Of a DNA stretch of 64,000 nt, positions 13,171 through 27,555 are shown in pieces; position 1 is the stretch's first letter, and each line of letters starts with the position of its first letter. A model generated the notes under the pieces. It was not told the origin of the DNA, did no database searches, and worked only from the letters and a program-made list of their open reading frames with translations. The translations under genes and the position numbers were made by a program. Source of the stretch: Octopus sinensis (taxonomy: Eukaryota); the NCBI RefSeq assembly GCF_006345805.1, contig NC_042997.1:149606001-149670000 (forward strand). Reading direction: 5' to 3'.

Positions 13171-14354
13171 ACATTTGCTATACTAACATTTAATGAAATC
13201 AGAAAGATATGCGCCCAGACGTACTGCTATACTGAATGTTTTCAGCAGCTTTTCTAACATTCATTTCAATGCTGTATTTATTGAAACAGAGTAAGGATTT
13301 GAACTTCACTTTACATAAGTCTTGAAAGTTTTGAGAAGTACACTGTAAGGTTTAAGTTGCAAACAAGATGTTTGGTCGATCGATGTGATTTCCATTCCAG
13401 ATATGGTTCTACATGGAAAATATCACTCTATTACTGAAGATTCCAAACACTTGTAACTGGAGTTATTGTTGGATACTTCGTAGCGGGTAATTTTTTTTTC
13501 TCTGTGTGCAAACGCTATTTCAAGTTCTTGCAACAACGTGCTTTTTTCTTGAATGTTATTATTCCACTGAAAATAATCATCTGAGCAACATTGTAATGAG
13601 ATAGAATTACTGTTACGTGTCTATAGTTGCATGTCTGAACAATGCTTCGTGCTTTGGATATTTAGCGATATTAATGTTTCTTTCAGAATTACAGCAATTT
13701 GCACTGTTTCGCACTCTTGTGGAGAAGTTTCAAGTGTTTAATATGTACGTCTTTTCATGACTTTAAATGGGAAGCCGAAACCTCATTTGATCATGGAGTC
13801 TAGTTGCAGCTAAGTGAGACTATTGCCTCAATTTATGTGTCTTCTATTAGAATTGTAATTAGTTTGATAATGTGTTACTTGTATTTCGTCTTACTTTTAT
13901 TGTTAACTTCCAAGTCTACAGTGATCATGCTTATGATCAAGAGCACTTTTGCTTTTGATCATATCTATGATTACTTAATCATGACTACAACCATAATATA
14001 TCTTGGATAATGTGTTCTATGTTCATCGAGAAAGAAGTTGTTATTTGATGGAAATATGGCTGATATTCTTACTATTAGGTTTGACCTGTAAAAAGTTGTT
14101 GCGCTTATTCCGTGATCATTAGATTCTCATAAAAAATCATCGTACTGTATGCTATTTCTCGATGGTCTCTTTACTTCCCTCTAGCTGACCGAACGTAAGG
14201 AACTTTCGGACTCATTTTTATATATCGATGATCTTTTCTCCAGATAACACTCATGGGAAATACCATCGGTAGATGAACGATTTTAATATTGTATTATAAA
14301 GGTCCATTTTCAATAAATTCATAGAGTGGTTCTCATCTCTACATTCGAAAACTA

Positions 14355-14564
14355 CTTCTTACTCTGTTTTACTTGTTTCAGTCATTTGACTGTGGCCATG
14401 CTGTAGCATCGCCTTTAGTCGAGCAAATCGTCTCCAGGATTTGTTTTTTGGAAGCCTAGTACTTATTCTATCGATCTCTTTTGCCGAACTACTAAGTTAC
14501 GGGGACGTAAATGCATCGGCTGTCAAGCAATGTTGGGGGGACAAACACAGACACACAAACATAT

Positions 14565-14575
<11 letters not shown>
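14355..14575 (-). mobile_element. SINE family A, 3' half
   Basis: Reverse complement of the 27750-27960 segment. Confidence 0.9.
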
Positions 14576-14643
<68 letters not shown>

Positions 14644-14883
14644 TTGTTATTTGATGAAAATATGGCTGATATTCTTACTATTATGATTGACCTGTAAGAA
14701 AGTTACTGTGATTATTCCGTGATCATTAGTTGTAATAAAAATCATCCTACTGTATGCTATTTCTCGATGGTCTCTTTACTTCCCTCTAGCTGACCTAACG
14801 TAGGAACTTTCGGACTCCTTTTTTATATATCGATGACCTTTTCTCTAGATGACACTCATGGGAAATACCATCAATAGATGAAC

Positions 14884-14943
<60 letters not shown>

Positions 14944-14944
14944 T

Positions 14945-15319
14945 TTTACTCTTTTACTTTTTTACTTGTTTCAGTCATTTGACTGCGGCCATGCTGGAGC
15001 ACCGCCTTTAGTTGGGCAAATCAACCCCGGGACTTATTCTTTGTAAGCCCAGTACTTATTCTATCTGTCTCTTTTGCCGAACCGCTATGTGACGGGGACG
15101 TTAACACACCAGCATCGGTTAACAAGCAATGCTAGGGGGACAAACACAAACACACACATACATATATATACATATACATATATACGACAGGCTTCTTTCA
15201 GTTTCCGTCTACCAAATCCACTCACAAAGCATTGGTCGGCCCGGGGCTATAGCAGAAGACACTTGCCCAAGATGCCACGCAGTGGGACTTAACCCGGAAC
15301 CATGTGGTTGTTTAGCAAG

Positions 15320-15320
<1 letters not shown>
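14945..15320 (-). mobile_element. SINE family A, nearly complete, head truncated
   Basis: Collinear reverse-complement match to 27553-27975. Confidence 0.9.
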
Positions 15321-15609
<289 letters not shown>

Positions 15610-15610
15610 T

Positions 15611-15800
15611 ATATACGACGGGCTTCTTTCAGTTTCCGTCTACCAAATCCACTCACAAGCCTTTCGTCGGCCTGAGACTATAGAAGAAGACACTTTCCCA
15701 AGGTGCCACGCACTGGGACTAAACCCAGAACCATGTGGTTGGTAAGCAAGGTACTTACCACACAACCACCCCTGTGCCACCTTACCACACAGCCACTCAC
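15611..15800 (-). mobile_element. SINE family A, 5' half with a duplicated head tip
   Basis: Matches 27553-27710 in reverse; cttaccacaca.ccac occurs twice. Confidence 0.85.
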
Positions 15801-17262
15801 TTATATAGCCCCTTTATTCGTCCTGTTCTCTCCGTTATCCTTCATTTTATAAGTTGACTTTTCCTCGCATTGTCTTTTGTCTGTAATATATAGGCTGGTT
15901 TTTTTTTTTAATGATTTTTTTATGTTAATGTTTTTTTATGTTTATGTTAATGATATTGTTATTGCAACAGGTGACGTTACCACTGTGAGAATTCTTGATT
16001 CAGCTAAGTCATAAAAATTCGATACCTATTTTGTGTTATATGCTAGTTTGCAATTTTTGTCGATCGATTTCTGTTTCTCTAGGGTTTAGTTTGGTCATTT
16101 GTATGCTTTTAAAGTTTCTGCAATAATTTGCATGTCTTCTGCTGTTGGCGTTGTGTGGAGTAAATCAAGAAAATCATGACAGTTTCATTTTTCAGGCATA
16201 GTGTTTCGGACTACGTTATCCATTGTGTTACTTTCAAAGACGATATTATGTGATTTGAAGTATATTTGCTCCTATTTCTAGTAAGTTTAATAACAAGACA
16301 GAAGTTCCATTATCATAAGATTTAGTATGCTTTTGACGTTATCATGTAGCTTAGTGTAACTGGCTATTTGAAACTGATTTTCCTTTTACTTTACCTCCTA
16401 AGTTACGTGTTCTAGGAAATGAGTCTAATATAATTTTAGTTGAATTCTTCTATTACTGTCAATGAATCCGATATTGAACGCTCGTACGGTAAATTTTCCT
16501 TCTTGTTCCACATAATATTTAGGGTGTATTTGCTAAGGTTTTATTTTAGAAATATGTTTGGTGAAGATAATGAATAACAGAACGTGTTGCTGTTAATTGG
16601 GTGAGGTAAGTGATCGTCTTCGCTTCGGTTGTTTAGTGTACAAATCATGTGTAGTAGTCACACTATTGTATCACCACGTGTATTATCTTTATTGGTTTTG
16701 TACTAAGATGTTTCATTTTCATTTATATACACCTCAATGATCGCCAGCATATGTACCTAATGTTACTGACGTAGTGATATCTGTTGGAAGTATTGATATG
16801 GTGGAGGTGAAGTGTAGATGTCTATTACATTAATGTGCGTCATTCAAAAGCGCTTACTTGTTAGATGTTGAATTTCTTTTGTGTTCTACGACTGTTTAAT
16901 TTTTCTATATATTGACATGCTGGGGATTTGATATAAAATATTCTTTTAGACCTGATCTATGAACTGTTTAAATCTTGTGTTATCGGGATGTAAATAGTGG
17001 TCTGAAGGGTCCTATTTTACGATTATAGCCATGTTATTTGCTAATAGTGAAACAGATGTTACGTGTAATGTCGGAATTTGGGATTTGGGCTTCGGTACTC
17101 TACGTGGGTTATATTGTTTGTGAATTACTTGTGCTTATTACGCCTATTTATTGTAAGCTTATGCCTGTGAAAGACAAAATGTATTATATAAAGTAACACA
17201 CAGCACTTTATATTTCAGTGGAAGGGCTCGTTCCTGCATCTGCATATACTGTTAAAATTAAT

Positions 17263-17649
17263 GGATGGAAGCAATCCGTCGGTAACGACGGCGAGGGTTC
17301 CGGTTGATCCGAATCAACGGAACAGCCTGTTCGTGAAATTAACGTGGAAGTGGCTGAGCACTCCACAGACACGTGTACCCTTAACGTAGTCCTCGGGGAT
17401 ATTCAGCGTGACACAGAGAGTGACAAGGCCGGCCCTTTGAAATACAGGTACAACAGAAACAGGAAGTAAGAGTGAGAGAAAGTTGTGGTGAAAGAGTACA
17501 GCAGGGATCACCACCATCCCCTGCCGGAGCCTCGTGGAGCTTTAGGTGTTTTCGCTCAATAAACACTCACAACGCCCGGTCTGGGAATCGAAACCACGAT
17601 CCTATGACCGCGAGTCCGCTGCCCTAACCACTGGGCCATTGCGCCTCCA
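17263..17649 (-). mobile_element. Full-length tRNA-derived SINE family B (387 bp), copy 1
   Basis: Head ggaggcgcaatggcccagtggttagg...gtttcgattccc with A/B boxes; outer 15-bp direct repeat actgttaaaattaat at 17248-17262 and 17751-17765. Confidence 0.93.
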
Positions 17650-19642
17650 TGTAGGTATATAAGGAGAATACAAATGTTGTTTAAAATTTGTAACAGCTGT
17701 TTCGGAAGAATTTTATTGATTTATTCATAGAATTGCGCCATTGCGCCTCCACTGTTAAAATTAATATACACTGGTACTCAAACACACACACATACGTCTT
17801 TAAATACAAGTGTATATATAGAGATATAGATATATGGAGGGTGTGAGTATTGTTATTTTTTGTTAATTGAAGTTCTTTGTTCTTCTAATTATAAATGTGG
17901 CATTATATTGTTGACAGGTAAACTACCCATCTAATTATTCTGTTACTCAGTTTCTAGCTATCGAAATCTAGATATCGAAATACATATTTCGATATGATAT
18001 TATTTTATATTCACCAGCTGTGTCGCAATGTATCTAGTACTAAATGCTTAAAGAGTCTCAGGTGAAAAAAGCACGCATTTATTGAGTAATATCAAATAAT
18101 TTCATGGTGCTTATACTAAATAAGGGAGGGCATTCATGTTTGCAGAATATGAAGTTTCATGAAGGTAAAAGAATATAAGGGTCTGTAAAATCTTTTTAAC
18201 TCCAAAATAATATATGCAACATCATGAAAGGAAGCTTGATATATTTAACCTCACCAAGTGACCGACAAGGAGTGTTATTAGTGCTGACTCAAACAATTCA
18301 TAACGACGGTAAATTGTTATTTAGAAGATTTGTCGAACTACGGCTTGACTCAAGTGGAAGATGTTGGAGTATTTGTATCATGAAGAAGTGTTTTTGATTG
18401 ACGTAAAGATGCATTTCAAAACAATAAACCCTCACGATTAAAATATTATGAACGCGGTTCTCCGTCTGGCAAGTTTGGGTCACCAAGTAAAACAAATATA
18501 GAACATATTTTAATGTTGACACCCACACCTTAACAAATATCCTTAGAACTTGTGCATTATTGTGGATTCGCCGTCTATTTTAGATGCAAAATACTCGATA
18601 TAGCACCCAAATCTACCAAATTAGGACAATTCAAATTGTTTCCGCTATCTGTAATCAGAACTGCACATTTTGAATCTTCTTTTTACAGACACACATTTTG
18701 TATTTCAGCAGAGAAATATGTATCTGTATTATATGCATATTATGCCAACGATATCGCATGCATATATATGGACACATGTTGCATAACTACAAATGTATAT
18801 TTATGTATGTAAGTGTGTGTGTTTTTGTGCGTGTGTGTATGCGTGCGTGTATGTGTGTGTAGATATTACCAAACGACGAAAATAGAGGCCCTGAAATCAA
18901 AGTGAGAGGTAAAGCGTAATTATTACTATGGTCCTTGATGAATGGCAAGAATATAAAAGTGTCTTAAACGTCTGGTAGACTACTCATAATTATTCTTTAA
19001 TATCACCTTCAATTCAGTCTTGATATATTTGTCGCTATTTTTGCATTTATATATACGGTCAAGTGTAGATTTAAGTGATTAAGTAACGTACCAATTTACC
19101 ACACCCCTAATCACACATTATTATTTCTATAGTTAGCTGTGTGTGTGTGTTTGTGCGTTTGTGTGTGTGAGAGAGAGCGAGCGAGTGCGAGTGAGAGAGC
19201 GAGTGAGAGAGCGAGCAAGTGCGAGTGAGAGAGAGAGAGAGACAAGCAAAAGAGTAGGTGTATTTATGTAGTAATTGCAGTGTGATCACAGTAGTGCTTT
19301 CCATACATAAACTTCTCAAGCCTGAAGTGACAGACATTGCGTTATTGTATGATAGCAGTACATATTATTACATTAGGGAAACTTCTCTAAGCTGATATAA
19401 TAAATCTGAGCTCTGATTGGTACTGCTTATCTGAATTTATTCATGTTAGTCTAAATTTATGTCATATCTACGATATCTCATGCAATATCCTGTATTTAAA
19501 CAATATCAAGGTCAGATATATTCTCTGAACAAGCAGGAGGCTACCTTCACGTGATATATTTTGATTATTGATTGGGTTTACCTAAAAATTCTCTGATTAA
19601 ACATATGGCATAGCAGATGAGTCTACTATCTCCATTTTACAG

Positions 19643-19850
19643 GAACTCTTCTTCTCATGTAGTACTCACTGCTTTGGACTCCAAATTCACTTTAGTGCAA
19701 GAAGAAGCATTAACATCATTATCATCAAATGATCACAAATTCAGGAGATATAACCAGATTTTAAATAAAACAAGGGAGTTGCCGCGACAAAATTGGCAGA
19801 AACGTTACCTAACAATGCGAATTCATTCACTTAGCTTTGCTGGCATCAAG
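19643..19850 (+). CDS. Candidate internal coding exon of an unidentified host gene, possibly the N-terminal strands of a PH domain
   Basis: Acceptor ccattttacAG, donor AAG/GTAACA, one open frame (NSSSHVVLTALDSK...ILNKTRELPRQNWQKRYLTMRIHSLSFAGIK), non-repetitive. PH resemblance rests only on an L.K...W.KRY pattern. Confidence 0.4.
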
Positions 19851-20444
19851 GTAACAGTCATAAGGATACTAGTATCACTAATGGATGGGTTCACAGATTC
19901 TATTTCATTCATGGATTGATACATAAACCTTTAGAAGTCTAGTGCATTATTTATGGTCATCAACCCGAAAAGCATGAGAGGTATTAAGAGATATATTACA
20001 CATGTTTGAAGGCATGTGTGTGTGTGTATTCATATATCTTTGAAATTTGTTAACGGAATACGTTTTGAATTCTCAAATAAATCTGGAGTCCATTATGCTG
20101 GTCACAGCCTAATGATGCTGAGTGGTGAACCACTTTTGGGGGTTGCGTGTAGCTACACCGATATGATATTGAATAGATATATTAACTATAATCCTTGTAT
20201 GGAATTTATAAACAATTTAATGCATCGCTATGCGCGTTTCCACAAATCACATGACTCTTAAGATCACAGTCCTTATTACTGGGATGATTACAGTGTCCTC
20301 CGTAGTATTAGTGGGCATGGGTTGATCATCTTCATGGATTCATTTCTTTCGGGCGATATAACATTAAAGTATGTTCAACAGAGGGATGTTTATCCCTTTT
20401 GACATTCGCACTCCTACCCAATATTATTTATATATATTATATAT

Positions 20445-20660
20445 AATGACCAATGCATTCCGGCGTTGCCCGGGTGTTCTGGCCTACATCCACATCCTAT
20501 TATTTGTTTCTTAAGGGCAGAATCATGACGTGTGCTGGCTTTCTTTCAACTTCTCCTATAGCACATACAGAATCAATTTTGGGCTGACAGTCTTTCACTT
20601 TCAAATACATAACATACAGAGAGTATGAAACATCGGCCTCTATATTAGCATCCTCAAATT
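20445..20660 (+). mobile_element. Possible Helitron/Helentron-derived non-autonomous element
   Basis: ccggcgttgcccggg hairpin near the left end and aaacatcggcctctatat at the right end resemble my recollection of such elements; no coding evidence. Confidence 0.3.
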
Positions 20661-21202
20661 TGAGAAACAAACACTGATAAGTTTTTCTTTTAAAACTTCA
20701 TTGCCTGAGATTAATACCACGAAATGAACTTTATCATATAAGCTTAATTAAATTATAGTTTGTTTTTAAAATAAAATAAAAAATTGCATAATACTTATAT
20801 CCAATTTTTTGCCTTATATCTTTTTCATGATATCTTACTTCACAAATTTTTTATGTAAATTCTTTTGCATGGGAACAAAACTATGAAATTCCTTATGATT
20901 TCTATCATTGAAGCTAAGATAAATATATTTTGGTTTTAAAATAAAAATAAAGTTATTTGTATCTAAACTTGATTAGTTGCGTTACGTACTCTCCTATAAC
21001 GCTGCTACAAATTTTGATGTAAACTTTTTCCTACTATTTTTTTCTGCAATTTTATGCCACAATATAGCTAGGGACCAGTCCACTTCAAAAATGTTAAGTT
21101 TTCAATTTTGTTAAAAACTGAATGAGCGACAAACTCTGGAAGATGCTGTGTGTGAGTAAATTTTGGCCTTAAGAATATTTTTTAACTTCTACCGTAGTTG
21201 AA

Positions 21203-21292
<90 letters not shown>

Positions 21293-21334
21293 ATATGTGT
21301 GTGTATGTATGTGTGTGTGTGTGAATGCGCATGA

Positions 21335-21445
21335 CATATTAGTTAGTGAGTTGCCCTCATCATTACGAGATTGTAATTTCGATTCCAAGATCGGGCGTTG
21401 CGTTGTGTTCTTGAGCAAAGCACTTCATTTCAAGTTGCTCTGCAT
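21335..21445 (+). mobile_element. SINE family C head fragment
   Basis: tttcgattccaagatcgggcgttgcgttgtgttcttgagcaaagcacttcatttcaagttgctc matches the reverse complement of 49030-49110. Confidence 0.75.
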
Positions 21446-24400
21446 CATTTCTCCATCAGACATGTGGCACGCGGTGTACCTCTACAGAAAATGTCGATTT
21501 GTTGGAGTGAGCTTATGTGAACAGAAACGTTTGATCTCATCTGAGGATGTGGAATCCACAATATATACATATATACATACACGCATGGACAAAATTCTTC
21601 AAGTGATATTAGATAAGCCACCTATACTTGCATGCAACCAACTCAACGAGTACTCCCTACTCGAATGGGCTATTATACCACAAAACCTCATACGAGATAG
21701 GAATGAGCAAATTATATCAGGTGGTGCTATTTATGTATAGGTAATGACTTAATCTGAGCACTATATATTGAATGCCATCCTTTTCTACTATATGTATAAG
21801 CTATCTTCTCTATATACCTTGTATATATATATATTATTTAATTTATAAATATATACTTAATTGGTATATGTATATATACTTTCTTAAGCCAGCTTTCCTG
21901 AGGTTGTTATTCCATATATTTCTAAGCATTTCTTTATGAGCATTTATCCGTGAGGGTTGATTCATATACTTATTAATATTTGTGCAAGTAGGTGTATTCA
22001 TATACATCTCATGCTAAACTACCACATAAGATTACTGTCCTTCCTTTCGTCTCTATGCTAGCCCGAATAATTCTGATTATATTTTTAATTAATTTTACAA
22101 TTTTATAATTTTTTCAACCTGATGCAACTTTACAACATTATGCAATTACAATACCACATAGGTTAATTTATTCCTTTAAGCTCTACTTCTATCTTAACCT
22201 GAATACCCTTTGTTTCTCTCTACAATTGAATTTAACCTTAACCCTGTTTTAGTGCCTAAATAACTATATATTTTAATGTATTACCCGGTTACCTCCCTTT
22301 AGTTCTCGTCTATAATTATGAATGTATTTTTATTCAATGTTTTCATATTTTCTTTTCTCGTTCAGACAAATACTTGTCAATTGGAAATGAAACTAAGATC
22401 TATTCATCAGAGAATAACATATCCCTAACTGCAAGTATTATTTACCACCCTTAAAACTTATTTTAGCACCTAAATATTTATCTGCATTCTAATATTCTAA
22501 TATTATTATATTATATCATAATATTATAATGCATTGCTCGGTTACCTCCCTTAGCTATAGTCCATGAATGTATATATTTCCATTCATTTCTCATCTCTTC
22601 TTTTCTCGTTCAGACAATTATCTGTACATCGATATGTATCTCAGATGTATTCAACACATAATAATATATCCAAACCACAAATATTATTTACAACTCCTTT
22701 AGTATTCCTCGAATATTTTCTTTCATTTTCTTTTATTTGTTTTGTAATTCATTCATAGATTTAACGAACCTGAACGACGCCATTTTTTTCAAATATAAGC
22801 AGACCAATTAAGTTGTAGGATTAACTTTGGCGTCACCTTACCCACCATAGGTGTATTAGGATGAGCTTTTTTGTTAATAAATAATAGTAACAGCAAACTT
22901 AATTTTTATGCCTACATGACCGAATGAGTCAAAGATCCTCAGCAGTAATTCACAACTGTTGATGTATGCTTTTTAGGGGAATGCTGATGCATTTATGAAA
23001 TAAATTAATACTTCTGATCTCAACTTTTTTCGAGATTTCTTAGAAGCAATGTCTTCAAAACAGTTTATGTGTATTCCAAACCCCAGAACTTTTATTTAAT
23101 ATTAGTGAATTGAATTGATGCATCTGCCTGACAGGGGCTGTAATGTTTTAGCAAGGAAGTAGATTTCTAAAAATAATAATCCAGAACTAAGAATTGAATG
23201 AGAAACATTTTGAACTCTAACGGGAGCATATTATAAATGACACAAATTCAAGTTGAAAAGTGTGAAAGGACATTCATTATAGGCGAATATATTTCATGAT
23301 TTGCGTGAGGATTGAGGGACTGCAATCCAGATTTAATTTTTGAAACATTTTTTTGTAAATTTTAAGTAAAGGCATTCCTAATAAAATTTGAGTATACACA
23401 ACAAAATTTAAAATTTACCTGCTAGCTAAGAAACATGTTATTCAATGTAAGCTCCCTAACCCCATTTGGATAGCACACCTTCTACGTTTAGCTGATTTCT
23501 TTGAGCATGTCATGTCAATGTATTGGATAAGAAATGGGGGGAAAAATCAATGTCATTTGAAAGAGAGAAAATATTTCAGCACAGCTATCATATCTTGCGT
23601 AATAGATTCAAAAGCTGGCACCAGACACAAAATGAAATAAAATAGCTGTCTTTTTTAACAGAACTAGTGCGAAGATATCTTTCTTGGTGACATTATGATA
23701 TCACTAATAATGCAGGTCATCAATCTCAGTTGTTCCCTGGTTAATCTCCACAATTCGAGTCACATGCTGTATGTTGGTTTATGAATTTCTTCAATTGTAA
23801 AAGTTCTCTTCTATCAGAATAGTCAAAATATTTAGAAGATGAAACTTCTGGAATTCTCAACACTCAAGTACACTCAAGAACTTTCCGAACACTCAAGAAA
23901 TCATTTTCAGAAGGAGAGTCTTATAAAACTATGCATGTAGAGGTGGAAAAAAATGATGTTTTTCCATATCTTACAATTTTCTCAACTTGTAAAGTTGAAA
24001 ACAAATACTACTTTCGGAAAAATCTTGAAATCTTCTGAGAGCATCTAAATGAATTTAATATTAAACTCTATAATTTTGCGATTATTTTAGAAAGGAAACA
24101 CTCACATTTTTCCAAAATAGAACATGCAGGTATTTGAAATGAAATTTTTAAGTTCCAATATATTATTTTTTGTTTTTATTTTGAGTGCGTATTTGACACT
24201 TCTGTTATTTCTCCATAATAATGTTTGTAAACTTGCAAATCAGTCCGTAACTATATTTTGAGCTTCGAAATTCTTACCCTATTTATTCTTGCAAAATTGG
24301 AAATTATCCCATTATAAATCTTGCTTTTCCATAACATTACTTGTTAGCACAATAAAGACATACAGAAATGAACTGGAACTTGAAGGCAGCATGCAAGTTG

Positions 24401-26436
24401 CTGTGACATTAAAAATATTCTGATTTTGAATTTTATATTATCAAAAATCAAAATAGCATTATTTTTACTTATTTTTCTTTTTGTAAACTAGAAGTGGGGT
24501 GGTATTTTTTTAAATATGCAAGCACTTGTTTTACATTCTTTTATACAAAATTTATTTGCATGATTTTTCTTATGTCAGCATGCTGTACATATCTTTTTTT
24601 TTCATTTGAGGATACATATTCAATGCAATAAATATTTGTATCCAACATGATACAATTTAAGAGAAATTGATATTTTTTATACGAACAAGTCTGAAAATAT
24701 TTTAATTTTACTAGTAAGGAGTTTTAGATAATGCCTTACAAGGAGATAACCACTCTTCACGAAAATTGTTGTTCGTTGAATTTCATGTCAAGGAGGGTTT
24801 TTTATTAGTGGTGGGTGTTATTGATGTTTTATAGTTGTCATGTATTTTAAGTTTGATGCTGTGTTGACAGTCTAATTATAGATACATTTCAAATTTAGAC
24901 CGTTATTTCCATTTTTTCTTCTGTACTTAGCAACAAGGAATCTTTCCTTTTTAGCTATGACATATCTGGATTTGAGTGGGAAATTCCATGTAATATGATA
25001 CAATATAATGTAATATAATATGAAGTTTCCGAATTTTGTTTTTCTCTCGCTATTCTTTCTTTGTGTTGTATAATATTTTTTGGAATGTAAATTATTGTGA
25101 GGTCGCCGATCCTTATTTCGTATGTATAATCAGCTACTAAGAAAATGACATACTTGTATAACCAGTATAATTGTAGCGTCATGGAATGTATAAATTTAGT
25201 TTTTTCTAAAATTTACAGGTATCATTATTGTCTAAACTTCGTACATTGGCTAGCAGGTGAATGATTTGATGCAAACTTTAAATTCCGTTGTTTTGATATT
25301 ATCACACCCCATGATTATACGCAATGAAGATTACGTTCAGTTTTACGACTTTCAATTTTTATGAATAAAACTGTTCATATTTCAAAAGCAGGGTGACATT
25401 TTCATTTTAATAATTTTGCGTCTGTTGCATATTATGTAGAACTTGATTCTATTTCATTCTAGAGGTCGGGCTGCCATTTTTTGTTTGGTTTATGTTGTAG
25501 TATAGTGGTTACGTCAATACATAGAAATATTAACATTTTATTTTTGCATCGTGTATGAATGAGAATGTCAAAGCCTGTGTGAATAGAAATTTAACCAGTG
25601 ACATTTTCGGTATGTCGCATTCGCATTCATTATTCGCAGACAAGTCTTTGTTGGTGTTACAGAAATCATATTATAAACCGACGCATAGACGACAGACAAA
25701 AATATAACACGATTAAGTATAACTATATACACACACGTGCGCGCGCTTATATAATTTTAAAAAGTTTTGGCAAAACGTAATTAATATTTGTCAATATTTG
25801 AAGAAGAAATGTTATGCCCTGCTTGGAATTACGAGTTACTTCTATAAACAATTGCATAAGATATATAAACATATACTAAACAGGCGTAAATAAGCATAAA
25901 TACATATATATGGATATGTGCCTGTGTATAAACAAACATATAAGCAATAATGAGTTGAGACAAATAACGTGACAGGGGCATTTATTTAAATAAAATTGGC
26001 AAAAATAGACATGTCAAATATTGCACAACATAAAATCTTTATCTATGGAAACCCTACCTCTAGTGGATATATCATAATTAACATGTGGTATTTTACCACA
26101 AACTCCACTTTAGAAGGGCTATAATACATGATTCAATAAATTTAATAAATCATTAATGTTAAAACAACAGCAGCCCTAGTGCGAACACTTGTTTATGATA
26201 GACAAGGGATTTGTGCGTGTATGTGTATGTTTGTAGGTAGAGTGTTAAATCAAATCTGGGCACATGAAGACGTAGGACGCCTAAAAGTTTAGGTAAAATA
26301 TTATAGGGTTCACAATGTGGTAAAACAAAAAGGAGAATCACAAGTATTGAATAATTACTGTAGATATCTCAATGCCAAATGCATTATAAGTCGTAGATCC
26401 AACTAAGGGTTGGTTGTAGTTGGGTTGTAGGTATAT

Positions 26437-26823
26437 GGATGGAAGCACTCCGTCGGTTACTACGACGAGGGTTCCGGTTGATCCAAATCAACGGAACAGC
26501 CTGTTCGTGAAATTAACGTGTAAGTGGCTGAGCACTCCACAGACACGTGTACCCTTAACGTAGTCCTCGGGGATATTCAGCGTGACACAGAGAGTGACAA
26601 GGCCGGCCCTTTGAAATACAGGTACAACAGAAACAGGAAGTAAGAGTGAGAGAAAGTTGTGGTGAAAGAGTACAGCAGGGATCACCACCATCCCCTGCCG
26701 GAGCCTCGTGGAGCTTTAGGTGTTTTCGCTCAATAAACACTCACAACGCCCGGTCTGGGAATAGAAACCACGATCCTATGACCGCGAGTCCGCTGCCCTA
26801 ACCACTGGGCCATTGCGCCTCCA
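26437..26823 (-). mobile_element. Full-length SINE family B, copy 2
   Basis: Seven mismatches to copy 1 counted by eye; flanked by 11-bp TSD tgtaggtatat (26426-26436 and 26824-26834). Confidence 0.93.
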
Positions 26824-27517
26824 TGTAGGTATATAAGGAGAATACAAATGTTGTTTAAAATTTGTAACAGCTGTTTCGGAAGAATTTTATTGATTTATTC
26901 ATAGAATACACCATCTTTAGTGAAAATTTAAAACAAGTATGAAACCGGCGAAGTAATACATCCTTCGTTTACAATTTGTAGGATAAATGGCAGTTTCAAA
27001 ATAACATTCGAAATTATATAGAAATTAGGAGTGGCTTCCACGTGTAAGGAGACAAAACTAGAATATTAATTCAAAACACTTACGTAAATTAGCTTATAGC
27101 TGATACTGGCTTCGAAAACATATAAGAATCGTAGACATACTGTAGACGTGAGTTGACCTTAAGTTCATTAACATCAAGAAGATATCTTGTGAATTAAATG
27201 AAGTAGAGAAAACAAACTTCAGTGCAGCAGGAAGTCGTAAAATAGCAATCACACGTTTTGCTTCGTTCCATTCAACTCAAGTACCATAGTTATACGATTA
27301 CACACCGAAACAGCCGCGCGCACACACACAAGCACGAGAGCACACACACACATATATATAACCATAGACATATACACATGTATATATTTACACACATTTG
27401 CATATACATATATATGGTTGGGTTATGTGCACACATATATATATATATATATACCTAATATACACTTATGTGTATGTATATATATATATATATATATACC
27501 TAATATACACTTATGTG

Positions 27518-27552
<35 letters not shown>

Positions 27553-27555
<3 letters not shown>

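Noticed and set aside
17314-17566. Duplicated short ORFs, also at 26488-26740, suggesting a gene pair
   Set aside because: They are chance frames inside the two near-identical SINE copies.
23822-24037. About 70-codon stop-free frame (SKYLEDETSGILN...LKKSFSEG)
   Set aside because: Length is expected by chance many times in this window; weak acceptor and no recognisable motif.
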